From Deltaproteobacteria bacterium (GTDB lineage Bacteria; Myxococcota_A; UBA9160; SZUA-336), in assembly GCA_029261895.1 (NCBI GenBank), contig JAJDAK010000064.1, forward strand, positions 18,582 to 82,581: a stretch of 64,000 nucleotides of DNA. Reading direction: 5' to 3'. Below are positions 47,624 through 59,094 of the stretch, one piece after another. The position numbers and the translations under genes are program-made. The notes below the pieces were generated by a model. That model did no database searches and had not been told where the DNA came from. It saw only the letters and a program-made list of their open reading frames with translations. Within the stretch, counting starts at the first letter, position 1. Each line of letters begins with the position of its first letter.

Positions 47624-49069
47624 ATGGATTCAACAGAACGCTACCGTGTAGCGAATATCAACGAGAACGACTTCGGTCGTAAAGAAATACTGCTTGCCGA
47701 GAAAGAGATGCCGGGATTGATGTCCCTGCGCGAGCGCTTTGGCGGCAACAAACCACTCCAGGATGTTCGGATCATGGGCAGTTTGCATATGACGGTGCAG
47801 ACTGCGGTGCTGATCGAGACGCTGGTTGAGTTGGGCGCCGATGTTCGCTGGGTGAGCTGCAATATTTTTTCGACGCAGGATCATGCCGCGGCCGCGGTTG
47901 CGGTTGGGCCCAAGGGCACGATCAAGCAGCCGGACGGTGTCGTGATCTTCGCGTGGAAAGGCGAATCACTCGAAGACTATTGGTGGTGCACGCAGGAAGC
48001 GCTGCGTTGGCCCGATGGCGGTGGACCCGACTTGATCGTCGATGATGGTGGGGACGCTACCATGCTCATTCACAAGGGCGTCGAGTTTGAGAAGACGGGC
48101 AGTGTTCCCGATTTCGATCCGGAAAAGGACTCAGAAGAGTGGGGCGTCTTCCTCGAGCTCCTGCGCCGCGAACTCAAGGAAAATCCAAAGCGTTGGCACG
48201 AAACCGCCGAACGCTGTCGTGGCGTGAGCGAGGAAACAACGACGGGTGTGCATCGCCTGTATCAAATGGAGCAGGCGGAAACGCTGCTCTTCGCGGCGAT
48301 CAACGTCAATGACTCGGTAACCAAGAGCAAGTTCGATAATGTTTACGGCTGCCGACACTCACTTCCCGATGGGCTCTGCCGCGCGACGGACGTGATGTTG
48401 GGTGGCAAGGTCGCCGTTATTGTTGGTTATGGCGAAGTTGGCAAAGGGTGTTCCCAAGCGCTCCGGGGCCAGGGCACCCGCGTTATTATCGCGGAGATCG
48501 ATCCGATTTGTGCGCTACAAGCGGCGATGGATGGTTTCCAGGTGGATGTCTTGGAAGACGTGGTGGGTACCGCAGATCTCTTCATCACCACGACAGGCAA
48601 TAAAGACATCATTTGTGTCGAGCATATGCTGAAGATGAAAGACGGCGCGATCATCGGCAACATCGGCCACTTTGATAACGAGATCGATATGGCCGGACTG
48701 AAGAAAATTCCGGGTGTGCGGAATATCAACATCAAGCCGCAATACGATCAGTGGGTCTTCCCAGATGGCCGCAGCATTATGATTCTGGCGGAAGGTCGAC
48801 TCCTGAACCTGGGTTGTGCCACTGGACATCCGAGTTTCGTCATGTCGGCGTCGTTTACCAATCAGGTGCTTGCTCAGCTGGAGCTTTGGCAGAACTCGGA
48901 ACAATACGAGCGCAAGGTTTACATGCTGCCGAAAACACTGGATGAGGAAGTTGCACGACTGCATCTCGATCATCTGGGTGTGAAGTTGACCAAGCTCACG
49001 CCGGATCAAGCGGAGTACATCGGTGTTCCCGTCGAAGGCCCGTACAAGCCGAGTCACTATCGCTATTAG
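47624..49069 (+). CDS. ahcY: Adenosylhomocysteinase
   Basis: NAD-binding GYGEVGKGC and the C-terminal KPSHYRY. Confidence 0.95.
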   Translation: MDSTERYRVANINENDFGRKEILLAEKEMPGLMSLRERFGGNKPLQDVRIMGSLHMTVQTAVLIETLVELGADVRWVSCNIFSTQDHAAAAVAVGPKGTIKQPDGVVIFAWKGESLEDYWWCTQEALRWPDGGGPDLIVDDGGDATMLIHKGVEFEKTGSVPDFDPEKDSEEWGVFLELLRRELKENPKRWHETAERCRGVSEETTTGVHRLYQMEQAETLLFAAINVNDSVTKSKFDNVYGCRHSLPDGLCRATDVMLGGKVAVIVGYGEVGKGCSQALRGQGTRVIIAEIDPICALQAAMDGFQVDVLEDVVGTADLFITTTGNKDIICVEHMLKMKDGAIIGNIGHFDNEIDMAGLKKIPGVRNINIKPQYDQWVFPDGRSIMILAEGRLLNLGCATGHPSFVMSASFTNQVLAQLELWQNSEQYERKVYMLPKTLDEEVARLHLDHLGVKLTKLTPDQAEYIGVPVEGPYKPSHYRY

Positions 49070-49085
49070 CGGCGAGGAGAGCGCC

Positions 49086-50198
49086 TTGCTTCGTTGGTTC
49101 TGCTGCCTCGCGATGCTCCTGTCTGGGAGCATTTCGCAGTCCGTCTACGCGGACGGCGTACGTGTACGCGTCGGCCGCGAGCTTCTGGAAGCGACCGTGG
49201 CAGGCTCGGGGCTGCGGGTTGGGACCCAAGCCATGAGCGCGGGTTCGGTAAAAGTTAGCTCAGTCTCTGGTTCGGTTCGGGTGGATGGTGCTGAATACCA
49301 ACGCCCGGTGGCGGTCACGGCGAACGGCTCCGTCCGCCTGAACGGTCGCAGGTATCCAGGCGAATTCGTCATTGTTGCCAGGGAAGGCAATCGGATCGAC
49401 GTGATCAATCATGTTCCACTTGAAGACTATGTGGCGCGCTCCGTCAGCGCCGAAGTTTATTCAGGTTGGCCCGAAGAAGTGTTGAAGGCCCAAGCGGTAC
49501 TCGCCCGAACGTACGCGTTGCATGAGCGACACCGCTTGAGCAACAAGTCGTTTGAGCTCGAGGCATCTACGGTTTCGCAGGCCTATAGCACGGCCAAAGT
49601 TCCGGCGAGCGTACGCGATGCGACACGAAAGACCCGCGGCGAGGTTTTGCTTCACGCTGGCGAACCGATTCTGGCGGTTTATCATTCCAATGCGGGAGGG
49701 CAGACCGCGGCATCCGAAGAAGTTTGGTCATCCGCACTGCCTTACCTGCGACCGGTCCTGTCGCCGGACGATGCCGCACCCGACTATTTCTGGTCGTACG
49801 AAATTCAGGATCATGATTTGGCTGAGGCGCTGTACGATGCGGGTTTGGAGCGACGCGCAGATGCGGATGAAGTGAAGATTCTGCAGCGATCGGACAGCGG
49901 TCGAGTGAGCCGCATCCGTTTACTCGGAATCGAGTTGAGTGGGCGGCAGCTGCGGCAGGTACTCGGTGGACGCGCGATTCGCAGCGCGCTTTTCGATGTG
50001 CGATATGAGGATGGCGTCGTACGCTTTCTCGGCAGTGGATCGGGTCACGGGGTTGGCTTGAGCCAGTGGGGGGCGCGTGAACTGGCGCGCAAAGGTCGCA
50101 ATTACAAGGCGATCCTTTCGCACTACTATCCCCAAACCAAACTGAGACAGGTGCGTGAGTTGCCGCCCGTCTCCTACGGTGGGAGCACAGCGCGATGA
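49086..50198 (+). CDS. SpoIID/LytB-domain protein (amidase enhancer-like), secreted
   Basis: AVLARTYALHERHR, HSNAGGQTAASEEVW, YLRPVLSPDD. Probable TTG start with a GAGGAG RBS, giving signal peptide MLRWFCCLAMLLSGSISQSVYA. The ORF-track start at 49023 overlaps ahcY. Confidence 0.7.
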   Translation: MLRWFCCLAMLLSGSISQSVYADGVRVRVGRELLEATVAGSGLRVGTQAMSAGSVKVSSVSGSVRVDGAEYQRPVAVTANGSVRLNGRRYPGEFVIVAREGNRIDVINHVPLEDYVARSVSAEVYSGWPEEVLKAQAVLARTYALHERHRLSNKSFELEASTVSQAYSTAKVPASVRDATRKTRGEVLLHAGEPILAVYHSNAGGQTAASEEVWSSALPYLRPVLSPDDAAPDYFWSYEIQDHDLAEALYDAGLERRADADEVKILQRSDSGRVSRIRLLGIELSGRQLRQVLGGRAIRSALFDVRYEDGVVRFLGSGSGHGVGLSQWGARELARKGRNYKAILSHYYPQTKLRQVRELPPVSYGGSTAR

Positions 50199-50539
50199 AA
50201 ACACATGCGGAAATTCAAGTCGCTCAGGCGATACCCAGTCCCGAAGGGGGGGGGCCTCCGGGTGCGGGTCTCAATATGTTCTTCCTGCTGGGAGCCATGG
50301 TGCTCTTCATGTATGCATTGATCATTCGCCCGGAACAGCGCCGCCGTAAAGAACATAAGACGATGCTTTCGGAGATGCAGCGTGGCGATATGATCGTGAC
50401 CACGGGTGGGCTTCACGGAAAGGTGACAGGTATTTCTGACGAGATCCTGACTGTGGAGATTGCCGATCGCGTCAAGGTCAAGGTCAGCGCATCGGCCGTG
50501 ACCGCGCGCGTTCCCGTGAAAGGGGGAGAGTCAAGTTGA
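50195..50539 (+). CDS. yajC: Preprotein translocase subunit YajC
   Basis: LIIRPEQRRRKEHKTMLSEMQRGDMIVTTGGLHGKVTGI. Confidence 0.85.
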   Translation: MKTHAEIQVAQAIPSPEGGGPPGAGLNMFFLLGAMVLFMYALIIRPEQRRRKEHKTMLSEMQRGDMIVTTGGLHGKVTGISDEILTVEIADRVKVKVSASAVTARVPVKGGESS

Positions 50540-52095
50540 GTCTACGTGGGCGGATCATTTGGGTTTTTGTCCCGGTCATTCTTTTCGGTTATATCGCGGC
50601 CTCGAGCTTCTTTACAGATGAAGAGCGGGAGGCGAGTCCATGGATTTCGAACCAAGGCATTAATCTCGGTCTCGATCTCCAGGGCGGCATTCACTGGTTG
50701 CTTGGCATCGACCAAGCCGCGGCGATCCAGCAGGAGCTCGATCGTTATCGCGATGTGATCGAAGAGGAGGCGGAGGCGCAGGGTCTCGAAATCACCAACA
50801 CCGAAATATTGGACGACGGAGACGTCCTTCTCTATGGCGATGTCTCGTTGCTCAAGGGTTTGATCGAAGAAGAGCTCGAGACCGTGGAAGTCGAGGAGCG
50901 CGGGGATCACGTCGCTTTCCGGCTCACGGAAGCGCAGGTGGTTGCTGTCACCGAACGTGGCGTCCGCCAGGCGATCGAGGTGCTTCAGCGGCGCATCGAT
51001 GAGCACGGCGTTCGCGAGCCGGTGATCGCATCCCAGGGCAAGGGCCGTATTTTGGTGCAGCTACCGGGCGAGATTGATCCCAAACGCGCGCGAAAATTCA
51101 TCGAGGGCACCACCTTCTTGGAGTTCAAACACGTGGAGGCCTCCGCACCGAGCGAGGAAATTTTGACCGCAAGCTTGCCAGATGGTGTGCCAGAAGATCA
51201 GCAAATTGTCTTCGCAACCGACGACGATGGCGTTCAGACCGAAGCGCTGCTGGTTTCCAAAACCCCACTTCTCACGGGCGATTTACTGGAAGACGCGCGA
51301 CTGGGCTTTGACAATCGCAATCAACCCATCGTGCTGTTTTATTGGAATACCGCGGGTGCAAAGGTTTTTCGTGACTACACGACGGATCACATCGGCCAAC
51401 GCATGGCGGCGATTATCGACAACAACGTGATTACCGCGCCGACGATTCAAAGCACGATCGGTCGTCAGGGGCAGATCTCCGGTTCGTTTTCCCAGCAGGA
51501 AGCGGCCGACCTGGCGATCTCACTGCGCTCGGGCGCGTTGCCGATTCCATTGATCATTGAGGAAGAACGCGCCGTGGGCCCGGCTCTGGGCGCGGATTCA
51601 ATTCGGCAGGGATTGCGTTCGATTCTGATTGGCGGGGTCTTGGTCATCCTTTTCATGTTGTTCTACTACCGCACTGCCGGTTTGCTCGCCGACGTGACGT
51701 TGGTGGTCAACATTATTTTGATTCTGGGAATGATGGGTTTCGCGGAAGCGACGCTGACGCTGCCTGGGATCGCGGGTCTGGTGCTCACGATTGGTATGGC
51801 GGTGGATGCCAACGTGATCATCTTTGAGCGCATACGCGAAGAACTACGTGCGGGGAAGAGTATGAAGAACGCGATCCAGATTGGCTTCAAGCGCTCGTCT
51901 CTAACGATTCTTGACGCAAACGTCACGACGATGATCGTGGCGCTGATTCTCATTAGTTATGGCCGCGGTCCGGTGCAGGGCTTCGGTGTAACGCTCTCCA
52001 TCGGTATTGTTTCGAGCGTGTTCACGGCATTGATCGTGACACGACTTCTCGTCGATATCTGGACTCGCGGGAATCCGGAAAGGCTTAAGGTCTAA
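50536..52095 (+). CDS. secD: Protein translocase subunit SecD
   Basis: Large periplasmic loop then 6 TM. Conserved VDANVIIFERIREE. Confidence 0.9.
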   Translation: MSLRGRIIWVFVPVILFGYIAASSFFTDEEREASPWISNQGINLGLDLQGGIHWLLGIDQAAAIQQELDRYRDVIEEEAEAQGLEITNTEILDDGDVLLYGDVSLLKGLIEEELETVEVEERGDHVAFRLTEAQVVAVTERGVRQAIEVLQRRIDEHGVREPVIASQGKGRILVQLPGEIDPKRARKFIEGTTFLEFKHVEASAPSEEILTASLPDGVPEDQQIVFATDDDGVQTEALLVSKTPLLTGDLLEDARLGFDNRNQPIVLFYWNTAGAKVFRDYTTDHIGQRMAAIIDNNVITAPTIQSTIGRQGQISGSFSQQEAADLAISLRSGALPIPLIIEEERAVGPALGADSIRQGLRSILIGGVLVILFMLFYYRTAGLLADVTLVVNIILILGMMGFAEATLTLPGIAGLVLTIGMAVDANVIIFERIREELRAGKSMKNAIQIGFKRSSLTILDANVTTMIVALILISYGRGPVQGFGVTLSIGIVSSVFTALIVTRLLVDIWTRGNPERLKV

Positions 52096-52099
52096 AGCG

Positions 52100-53008
52100 A
52101 TGCAACTCATCCGATCTGATACCAATATCAATTTCGTGGGGCAGTCCCGCGTGTTTTCCATCGTTTCCTTAATCATGATCATCACGGCCGTCGGGCTGAT
52201 GTTCTTCAAAGGTTTGAACCTCGGCATCGATTTCGCTGGCGGCACCGTGTTGCAGGTTCAACTTCCCGAAGATGCGACTTCGATCGACGAGGGACCGATC
52301 CGTGCCGCGCTAGCGGACCTTGGATACGGAGACGCCGTCGTGGTGCGGTTTGGCGAGATCTCGGAGCGTATGTTCCGGCTCAATGTCGCTGCATCTCAGG
52401 ATGAAAATCGCGATCTATCCATTCAGATCGTCGAGGGGCTCAGCGAAAAGCTGGGCCATCCTGTCGTCGCGCAGGGTGTTGAATCCATCGGGGCGCGTGT
52501 GAGTGCCGAGCAGAGCGAGCAGGGCTTCTACGCGCTGCTCATCTCCTGGGGTTTGATTCTGCTGTATGTCTGGTTTCGATTCGATCTACGCTACGCACCC
52601 GGCGCCGTGCTGGCCTTGGTACACGATGTGCTGTTCACCATCGGAGTCTTCGTACTCTTCGGCTTGGAGTTCAATCAGCAAGTCCTGGCGGCACTCTTGG
52701 TCGTGATCGGGTATTCGCTGAACGACACCATCGTGATCTATGACCGCATCCGTGAAAACATGGAGCTGCGTGGCACAACCCATTTGGAAGACGTCGTGAA
52801 TCAGAGCATCAATCAAACGCTCTCTCGAACCCTGCTCACATCACTCACGACGATCGGCGTCGTACTCGCACTGCTGATCTTTGGTGGCCCGGTGATCCAT
52901 GACTTCGCATTGGCGCTGCTGATCGGTGTCACGGTCGGCACGTATTCGACGGTTTACGTCGCGAGCGCGCTGTTGATCTTTCTCGAGCGCAGGTTGGCGA
53001 AGTCTTAG
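52100..53008 (+). CDS. secF: Protein translocase subunit SecF
   Basis: SecF TM core, DTIVIYDRIREN. Confidence 0.9.
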   Translation: MQLIRSDTNINFVGQSRVFSIVSLIMIITAVGLMFFKGLNLGIDFAGGTVLQVQLPEDATSIDEGPIRAALADLGYGDAVVVRFGEISERMFRLNVAASQDENRDLSIQIVEGLSEKLGHPVVAQGVESIGARVSAEQSEQGFYALLISWGLILLYVWFRFDLRYAPGAVLALVHDVLFTIGVFVLFGLEFNQQVLAALLVVIGYSLNDTIVIYDRIRENMELRGTTHLEDVVNQSINQTLSRTLLTSLTTIGVVLALLIFGGPVIHDFALALLIGVTVGTYSTVYVASALLIFLERRLAKS

Positions 53009-53021
53009 AGGAGCGCGGAGC

Positions 53022-53047
53022 ACCAGGTGCTCCGCGCCTCAGTTCCT
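53022..53047. terminator. GC-rich hairpin between convergent secF and the bactofilin gene
   Basis: GCGCGGAGCA-ccagg-TGCTCCGCGC. No T-tract. Confidence 0.4.
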
Positions 53048-53064
53048 CTGAGCCTCTCAGTCTC

Positions 53065-53562
53065 TTAGGATGCGGCGGCGGTCGGTGCCTTTTCAGGCCG
53101 CTTCGGAGGCATCCCCAGAGCGCCGGTGGCTGGGGTCTGCATCTTGATCGTGCCATTGATCTGCGCGCCTTCCTGGACCAGTAGTTTCGGTGTCATCAAG
53201 TCACCGTCGACCCGGCCAGATTCGCGGAGTTCAATACGCTCGGTCGAAACCACGTTGCCAGCGACGACTCCGACAACCGTTACCTGCTTCGCAGAAATCT
53301 CACCTTGTACATCGCCGTTCGGTCCTACCGTCAGGTGATGATTCTTTAATTCGATTCGGCCTTCGACCTTGCCCTCAATCACGGTGTCTTCGTCACCGAT
53401 GACATCGCCCTTGATCGTGATCGACTTTCCAATATTCGCCATCTGACTCTCTTCCCCCTCGTCGCGGCGGAACGCCGGTTGGGATTCTGAGCTAGATCCA
53501 ATCACGGGTGACTCTCCCCCCAAGGATCCACTCTCACCATCCGGATTCTTCCACAAACTCAT
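53065..53562 (-). CDS. Bactofilin (CcmA-like) with N-terminal low-complexity extension
   Basis: Repetitive beta-helical core KSITIKGDVIGDEDTVIEGKVEGRIEL...VTVVGVVAGNV. Alternative start at MANIGKS (53442). Confidence 0.75.
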   Translation of the reverse strand: MSLWKNPDGESGSLGGESPVIGSSSESQPAFRRDEGEESQMANIGKSITIKGDVIGDEDTVIEGKVEGRIELKNHHLTVGPNGDVQGEISAKQVTVVGVVAGNVVSTERIELRESGRVDGDLMTPKLLVQEGAQINGTIKMQTPATGALGMPPKRPEKAPTAAAS

Positions 53563-53691
53563 GCATGCCTTTCCTGGGACCGGGCCCGCGTCTCTTAATC
53601 ATGCGGTTTTCGACGCCCTACGTAACGTGAGGGATATCACAGCCGGCAGGGGACGTGAACCCTTTTTGCGCATGCGCGTTAAAAATGCGCA

Positions 53692-55254
53692 CTAACGCGA
53701 TATCTCGTCGGTAATCGAGATATCACGACTGGCCAGAAGTGTGCCCTGCGACTTTTCGATCGCGGTGATCGCGGTGCGGTAACTCTGCAGGGCTCTGATT
53801 TCCTGTTGCTCCGCTTCGGCGAGGTCTTCCTCGAATTCCAAGACCTGGAACGGCGTTGAATCGCCCAGCCGCAGCCTTTCCTGTTCGGCACGGAGGGTTT
53901 CGAGTTGTGCGGCCTTGCGGCGCTTTGCAGCTTCAACCGCGTCGACGGCATCGTGCAGACCCCGGACTGCCCGTCTGACGCCTAGCACGACATTCTGTTC
54001 GGTGCGGCGCAATTCCGCGCGTACACGACGCAGCTCGATACGCCGCTGGGCCACCCGGGCCTTCGCGGTTCGATTGCCGAACGGAACCTCGAAATTGGCC
54101 TTAACCGACCAGCTGTGAGTGCCGTCCGAGCGAAAGAACGCGTTATCGGCGTCGTCACTGTTGCTGAGATTCGGGATGGTGCCCGCGAACGCTGGCTTTG
54201 GTTGGCCCGCAAGGCCGCTCGGGGTGAATGATCCCACCACGTCGAATGTCGGCAGTCGCTGATTCAATGCGTGGTCGAGCTGGGCTTCAGCATCCTTGAC
54301 CCGATTCTGTGATGCGAGAATTTCTGGCCGGCGTTCCATCGCGGTACGGAGCGAGTCGCTGAGATTCGCCAGATAGTCGGTGTAACTCGGGGGTTCCGGT
54401 TTTAGGACCGTTCGTGCAAACGCCGCGATGTCGGGTGCGAGGATGAGATTGAGCAAGTCGTCTTGTGCATTGTCCGAGCGGTTCCGCGCCGATACGAAAT
54501 CGAAGTCGCGCTCCGCGACACCGGCTTCGGCTTGGGTGACCGCCACGCGGGAAACCACGCCTACGTCGTATTGCACTTTTGTCTGCTCGAGCAGATCGGT
54601 GGCAGTTCTAAGGCTCTTTTCTGCGACGTTCTGCTCTGCGCGCGCGGCGGAAAGCTCCCAGTAGGCGGTGTCGACGTTTTCAATGATGTCACTCATCACG
54701 CGCCGAAACTCTTCATCCGAGAAATCCTTGCTGAGCCGGCTTCGTTTCACCGCCAGTCGCGTGTCGTTATTGTGAAGATCTCGAAGCAGTGGCAATCGAA
54801 TTTCGTTTGCCCAGCTGGCGCGCCATTCGCGTTCCAACAGAATGATCGGCGAGTTGGATTCTAGACGCCGCATATTGTACGTCGATGAATACTCGACCCC
54901 CCAGGGTAGGACACCACGAAAGCCGCCGCCGTAGTTCCGCTCATCGTCTTCAGCGTTGGGGTTCGCGATTGAGTTTGCGGTGGAACTCTCACTATGTTCG
55001 AAATCGTATTTGGCGAAGATCGTCGGGTCGTAACCACCGAGGGCTTCGCGCACGCCCTGACGGGCGATTTGTGGATCTGTTCGCGCGATCGCGATATCGA
55101 GATTGTTTTGAAGTGCCATGCGCTCCGCCGCGCGAAGGTTCAAGATGGTTTCTTCAGTGATGACGACCCTATTGGGTTCGCTGAGAAGCAGCCGATCTCC
55201 CGCAGTGGCGGTGCTCGCGAGAGCGACCCCTATCAAAATCAGTATTCGTTTCAT
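53692..55254 (-). CDS. TolC-family outer-membrane efflux protein
   Basis: Signal peptide [18 protein letters not shown]. Two OEP repeats. ATGA overlap with the upstream TetR gene. Confidence 0.8.
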   Translation of the reverse strand: MKRILILIGVALASTATAGDRLLLSEPNRVVITEETILNLRAAERMALQNNLDIAIARTDPQIARQGVREALGGYDPTIFAKYDFEHSESSTANSIANPNAEDDERNYGGGFRGVLPWGVEYSSTYNMRRLESNSPIILLEREWRASWANEIRLPLLRDLHNNDTRLAVKRSRLSKDFSDEEFRRVMSDIIENVDTAYWELSAARAEQNVAEKSLRTATDLLEQTKVQYDVGVVSRVAVTQAEAGVAERDFDFVSARNRSDNAQDDLLNLILAPDIAAFARTVLKPEPPSYTDYLANLSDSLRTAMERRPEILASQNRVKDAEAQLDHALNQRLPTFDVVGSFTPSGLAGQPKPAFAGTIPNLSNSDDADNAFFRSDGTHSWSVKANFEVPFGNRTAKARVAQRRIELRRVRAELRRTEQNVVLGVRRAVRGLHDAVDAVEAAKRRKAAQLETLRAEQERLRLGDSTPFQVLEFEEDLAEAEQQEIRALQSYRTAITAIEKSQGTLLASRDISITDEISR

Positions 55255-55874
55255 GAGTTATCTCCTGCACTGATGCCGTGAAAGAAAAAATGCACGACAT
55301 CGTCAATCTCTTGGCGTTGTTGACTTCGAGACTCTCGAAGGCCATCGCTAAGCGAGCCGCGTACCAATGCCAGCAAATGGCGTGCGGACCGCCGCGCATT
55401 TATCCGGCGAAACGCAGTCCCACGTGTGCCTTGCGCAATGGTTTTAGAGACACTGTTTAGGTAGCGATCCAGATCTCGCTGAACCGGAGCCAAATGGATC
55501 AACGTTGGATCGGCGCGCAGGATCTCGATCAGCGCGTGATTCTTTGTCGCATGCTCCATCGCGGTGGCAACGATTGCGCGGACACGTGACTCAAACACCG
55601 TGGTTTCCTGCGTCGCTTGGGTGGTGCTCGTCTCAAGTTCCACCAACGCATGTTCAAAAACACGTTGCAGTAAGCTTTCCTTGTTCTTGAAGTAGAGGTA
55701 GAGCGTTCCCTTGGATAGGCCCGCGACCTGGGCGATTCGTTCCATGGAAACGTCTTTCCATCCCTGTTCCGCAATCACTTCGTTCGCGGCGTCGAGGATC
55801 CCTGACGTACGGAAATCACGGACAACTTCGTCCTTGGTTTTGCTCGGTTGCACCGTAGACATGGCAGCTTCCAT
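55251..55874 (-). CDS. TetR-family transcriptional regulator
   Basis: [26 protein letters not shown]. Confidence 0.8.
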   Translation of the reverse strand: MEAAMSTVQPSKTKDEVVRDFRTSGILDAANEVIAEQGWKDVSMERIAQVAGLSKGTLYLYFKNKESLLQRVFEHALVELETSTTQATQETTVFESRVRAIVATAMEHATKNHALIEILRADPTLIHLAPVQRDLDRYLNSVSKTIAQGTRGTAFRRINARRSARHLLALVRGSLSDGLRESRSQQRQEIDDVVHFFFHGISAGDNS

Positions 55875-55981
55875 CAAATGACTGATGGGTTAGTCTACTG
55901 AATCATGGGTCAGTAATGGAAGCCCCGTCCGTGGACGCACGGTCGTGGTACGATCAAGTCGCCGTGAAGGCAGGGGGGGCG

Positions 55982-56494
55982 ATGCAGACTCAGGATCTCG
56001 ACTGGGCGACGCGACTCGGGGAGTTGGCAGTCTATCCAGGTTATGGCGTCGTGCGCTTGGAAGCGATCGACGTCCAAGAAGTCGGCGGGGCGCGTCAGGA
56101 ATTTCTAGTCCTACGACGCATGGAAGACGGTGCGCGGATCCTTATTCCTCGCTCCAAGTCCGAGTTGGCGGGGTTACGCGGCATTGTCGAGCCCAAAGAA
56201 GCCAATCGTGCGTGGGAGGTCCTGCAGCCCTCGGCGGGACCCGGTAGCCGCTCTAGTCTTCCATGGAGTCGGCAATTCAAAGTCTATCAGGAGACATTGC
56301 GCACCGGTGTGTTCCTCGAAATTGCAGGCGTATTGCGAGACTTGCTGCAGCTGCAGAGATCCAAAGAGCTGAGCTTCGCCGAACATAAAGTCTTGGACGA
56401 TGCTCGCTCGCAAATCGTGCAGGAGCTCGCCGCATCTCAAGGCACCGAGGCGGAGAGCGTCGAAGCCAAGATCCGCGCGTCGTTCCGAGACTAG
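55982..56494 (+). CDS. CarD/CdnL-family RNA-polymerase-interacting regulator
   Basis: VYPGYGVVRLEAIDVQEVGGARQEFLVLR matches the CarD_CdnL_TRCF N-domain. G7 RBS, then ATG. Confidence 0.8.
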   Translation: MQTQDLDWATRLGELAVYPGYGVVRLEAIDVQEVGGARQEFLVLRRMEDGARILIPRSKSELAGLRGIVEPKEANRAWEVLQPSAGPGSRSSLPWSRQFKVYQETLRTGVFLEIAGVLRDLLQLQRSKELSFAEHKVLDDARSQIVQELAASQGTEAESVEAKIRASFRD

Positions 56495-56516
56495 CGACTC
56501 ACGCTATAGTTCCCGT

Positions 56517-57215
56517 ATGGAACGAGTCGCAATCGTACTGGCGGCGGGTCGCGGTGAGCGTCTGGGATCCTCGGAACCCAAGGCCTTCGTCGAAGTGGCA
56601 GGCCACCCCGTATTGGAGCACAGCGCGCGAGCGCTGGCGGCTGCGCCCTCGGTTGATGCGGTTTTACCCGTTTTACCTGCTGGAATGTTGGACGGGGCCG
56701 AGTCGCTTCGGGCCGCCTGGGATCTCGATACGGTGCTCCTGGATCCCATCAACGGGGGTAAGACACGCCAGCAATCCGTTTACAACGCAGTTCGTTGGTT
56801 GCTGGAATATCAGCCGGCGGTGTGCTGGGTCTGGGTGCACGATGCGGCGCGTTGTTTCGTGAGCGCCGAAGACGCGGAGCGTGTACTGGCGGCGGCCGCG
56901 AAGACGGGCGCCGCGCTCCCGGTGATTCCGATACACGAGACCGTGAAACGCGTGGTATCGGGTCACGTATCCCAAACGGAGGATCGGCGCGAATTGTTTC
57001 TGGCCCAGACCCCGCAGGTATTTCGTCTCGAGATCCTGCGCGAAGCGCTGGATAAAGCCGCACGTGATCATGTGCAGGGCACCGACTGTGCAAGTTTGGT
57101 GGAACGCCTGGGCGTTGAGGTCAATGTGGTGGACGGCCGCCGCGAGAACTGGAAGCTCACCGAGGCCGGCGACCTGGACCGCGCCGAGCGTCAGTTTGCG
57201 GAGTCTCGCCAATGA
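56517..57215 (+). CDS. ispD: 2-C-methyl-D-erythritol 4-phosphate cytidylyltransferase
   Basis: VAIVLAAGRGERLG..PKAF. Separate from ispF (ATGA overlap). Confidence 0.85.
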   Translation: MERVAIVLAAGRGERLGSSEPKAFVEVAGHPVLEHSARALAAAPSVDAVLPVLPAGMLDGAESLRAAWDLDTVLLDPINGGKTRQQSVYNAVRWLLEYQPAVCWVWVHDAARCFVSAEDAERVLAAAAKTGAALPVIPIHETVKRVVSGHVSQTEDRRELFLAQTPQVFRLEILREALDKAARDHVQGTDCASLVERLGVEVNVVDGRRENWKLTEAGDLDRAERQFAESRQ

Positions 57216-57694
57216 ATCTACGCATTGGACAAGGCTTCGACACCCACCGTCTCGTGCGGGGGCGAAAGTTGATGTTGGGCGGGGTGGAGATCGAATCCGA
57301 ATTCGGGCTCGACGGTCATTCCGACGCAGACGTCCTGGCGCACGCGGTGGCGAGCGCGGTACTTGGTGCATGCGGTGCGGGTGATTTGGGTACGCATTTC
57401 CCGAGTCGCGATGAGCGTTGGCGGGGCGCGTCGGGTGAAGACTTGATCGTCGAAGTTCTGCGCGTGATGAAATCGAAGGCCTATGCGATCGTCAACTTGG
57501 ACACGACGCTGATCGCGCAGCGGCCTCGCCTCGGCAGCCATCGTGAGGCGATCCAACGAAGTCTGACGAAGATTCTCGGTCTTGCAGAAGGACAGGTGAA
57601 TCTGAAGATCACCAGTACGGATGAGTTGGGCGCGATCGGGCGGGGCGAAGGTATTGCGGCGATGGCGGTGGTTTTGTTGGAGGGATCCTCTTGA
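57212..57694 (+). CDS. ispF: 2-C-methyl-D-erythritol 2,4-cyclodiphosphate synthase
   Basis: IGQGFDTHRL, HSDADVLAHA. Confidence 0.9.
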   Translation: MNLRIGQGFDTHRLVRGRKLMLGGVEIESEFGLDGHSDADVLAHAVASAVLGACGAGDLGTHFPSRDERWRGASGEDLIVEVLRVMKSKAYAIVNLDTTLIAQRPRLGSHREAIQRSLTKILGLAEGQVNLKITSTDELGAIGRGEGIAAMAVVLLEGSS

Positions 57695-59094
57695 GCGAGC
57701 TCATGCTGTACAACACATTGACGCGTCGCAAAGAACGCTTTGAGCCTCTGGGCCCCGGTGCGGTGGGGATGTACAGCTGCGGACCGACGGTCTACAGCCA
57801 TCAACATCTGGGAAATATGCGCGCCTACGTATTCGCAGATTTGGTGAAGCGCGTCTTGGGGTATTTCGGTCACGACGTAAATCACATTGTGAACATTACC
57901 GATGTCGGCCACCTGACCGACGACGCCGACGCCGGTGAAGACAAAATGGAAGAGGCCGCGCGCCGTGAAGGCATGACGGCTTGGGAGGTCGCGGCAAAGT
58001 GGACCGCCGTTTTCGAAGAAGACCTGAAACGCCTTCACGTGCTCGAACCCTCGCGTTGGTGCAAGGCGACTGATCACATTCCAGAGCAAATCGAAATGAT
58101 TGCGACGCTCGAAGCCAAGGGCTTTACGTATACGAACCGCGATGGGGTCTACTTCGACACCTCGAAAGAGCCGCACTACGGCGAACTCGCGCGCTTGGAT
58201 CTGGAATCTCAAGAGACGCAGGAACGCATCGAAGGGGTGGGGGATAAGCGCAATCCGTCCGATTTCGCGTTATGGAAGCTTTCCAAAGCCGACGGCAACA
58301 AGCGTCAGATGGAATGGGAAAGCCCCTGGGGCAATGGGTTCCCAGGTTGGCATATCGAGTGCTCGGCGATGAGCTCCAAATACCTCGGTGAAACGTTTGA
58401 TATCCACACCGGAGGTGTTGACCATATTCCGGTTCATCACACCAATGAAATCGCGCAGTCGGAGAACGCATTTGGCGTACGTCCGTGGGTACGCTACTGG
58501 CTGCACGGCGCGTGGCTAATGTTCGACAATGAAAAGATGTCTAAGTCGAAGGGCACGACGGTAACTTTGGATGACATCGTCGAACATGGCATCGACAGTT
58601 TGGCGTACCGCTACTTTCTATTGACCGCGCACTACCGTCAGCAGATGAGTCTTTCGGATGCGGCATTGGATGGCGCACAGGCTTCGTATCAGCGACTCGT
58701 TCGACACGCGATCGAGCTGCGCGATTCGGACGAGAGCCAAGGCGCTGCAGCGATGGAAGGTTTCAAGTCGCGTTTTGATAGGGCACTCGCCGACGATCTC
58801 AACACGCCGCAAGCGCTAGCCGTGGTCTGGGAAGCGGTTCGCTCGAACGATCTTGGCGCGGTTGAAAAATGGCAGCTTCTTTCGGGCTTCGACGTGGTTC
58901 TCGGCCTGGGCTTGGCGGATGCGAATCTGCTGGTTCCGACGATCGATGCCGAGATTGAAGCGAAGATTCAGGAACGTGAAGCCGCCCGCGCGGCGAAAGA
59001 TTACGCCCGATCCGACGAGATTCGTGATGAGCTCATCGCCGACGGGATTGTGCTGGAGGACACGCCGGAAGGCGTGCGCTGGCGTCGTGGCTGA
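57691..59094 (+). CDS. cysS: Cysteinyl-tRNA synthetase
   Basis: [13 protein letters not shown] (HIGH-type) and KMSKS. Confidence 0.95.
   Translation: MSELMLYNTLTRRKERFEPLGPGAVGMYSCGPTVYSHQHLGNMRAYVFADLVKRVLGYFGHDVNHIVNITDVGHLTDDADAGEDKMEEAARREGMTAWEVAAKWTAVFEEDLKRLHVLEPSRWCKATDHIPEQIEMIATLEAKGFTYTNRDGVYFDTSKEPHYGELARLDLESQETQERIEGVGDKRNPSDFALWKLSKADGNKRQMEWESPWGNGFPGWHIECSAMSSKYLGETFDIHTGGVDHIPVHHTNEIAQSENAFGVRPWVRYWLHGAWLMFDNEKMSKSKGTTVTLDDIVEHGIDSLAYRYFLLTAHYRQQMSLSDAALDGAQASYQRLVRHAIELRDSDESQGAAAMEGFKSRFDRALADDLNTPQALAVVWEAVRSNDLGAVEKWQLLSGFDVVLGLGLADANLLVPTIDAEIEAKIQEREAARAAKDYARSDEIRDELIADGIVLEDTPEGVRWRRG

Noticed and set aside
53563-53691. GCGCATGCGC-containing sequence downstream of the TolC-like gene as a terminator
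   Set aside because: The T5/A5 runs are not arranged as a proper stem and trailing U-tract on the transcribed strand, so it is only a short palindrome.
56400-56516. N-terminal extension of ispD (ORF-track start at 56400)
   Set aside because: The extension is Arg/Ser-rich and overlaps the cdnL 3-prime end. The conserved IspD N-terminus begins at MERVAIVLAAG (56517).
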